DNA from: Bacteriovoracia bacterium
GTDB taxonomy: Bacteria; Bdellovibrionota; UBA1018; CAIPTA01
Reading direction: 5' to 3'
Assembly: GCA_050246755.1 (NCBI GenBank)
Contig: JBFWVL010000001.1
Span: 544,001 to 608,000 of the forward strand
Length of the DNA stretch: 64,000 bases
Below are positions 63,943 through 64,000 of this stretch, in pieces. Both the position numbers and the translations under genes were made by a program. The notes under the pieces were generated by a model. The model did not search any database and was not told the origin of the DNA. It saw nothing but the letters and a program-made list of their open reading frames with translations. Each line of letters begins with the position of its first letter. The stretch's first letter is position 1.

Positions 63943-64000
63943 ATGAAGGCAATCGTTCTGGCGCTATTTCTACCCATCACCGCCCTCGCGACCTTCGATG
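63943..64000 (+). CDS. Start of a secreted protein (truncated at the window edge)
   Basis: GGAG SD; MKAIVLALFLPITALATFD signal-like sequence. Confidence 0.55.
   Translation, partial: MKAIVLALFLPITALATFD

Noticed and set aside
1-64000. tRNA, rRNA, prophage, integrase or IS transposase
   Set aside because: No recognisable cloverleaf, rRNA-like tract, or phage, recombinase or DDE motifs; the window is almost fully coding.

Overview
GC-rich bacterial chromosomal segment. The many secreted hydrolases with N-terminal signal peptides, the orphan kinases and the HNH family suggest a Bdellovibrionota/Oligoflexia-like organism (inference only). Contents in order: a truncated HI0933/YhiN flavoprotein not in the supplied ORF track, a BMP-type nucleoside ABC operon, an MMPL exporter with a 2OG-Fe(II) oxygenase, SIMPL, a barrel-only Omp85 protein, two orphan sensor kinases plus a stand-alone HisKA/DHp microprotein, a complete chaperone-usher pilus operon, about seven peptidases, an HNH endonuclease, adenine deaminase, MarR-TolC-EmrAB, a GH15-like enzyme, RecQ, FadL, a catalytically degenerate acyl-CoA-synthetase-fold protein, DUF3015/DUF4105, TonB with a heme-type receptor, an RRM-infA-DEAD-box-acyltransferase operon, LysR/HAD, and glycosyltransferases. 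No rRNA, tRNA, CRISPR array or classical transposase was seen. Main leads: (1) a perfect 24-bp palindrome inside the HNH gene recurs identically in an intergenic gap 12 kb away, next to a near-copy of the palindrome just upstream of the HNH gene, which suggests an HNH-associated REP/MITE-like mobile system; (2) several sigma28-type promoters sit 6-7 nt before start codons (leaderless) of protease-like genes, and one drives a candidate G-rich sRNA; (3) an adenylate-forming pseudoenzyme lies beside fadL; (4) the pilus has Cys-free pilins and a miniature donor-strand subunit. All product calls come from motif recognition by eye, not database searches.
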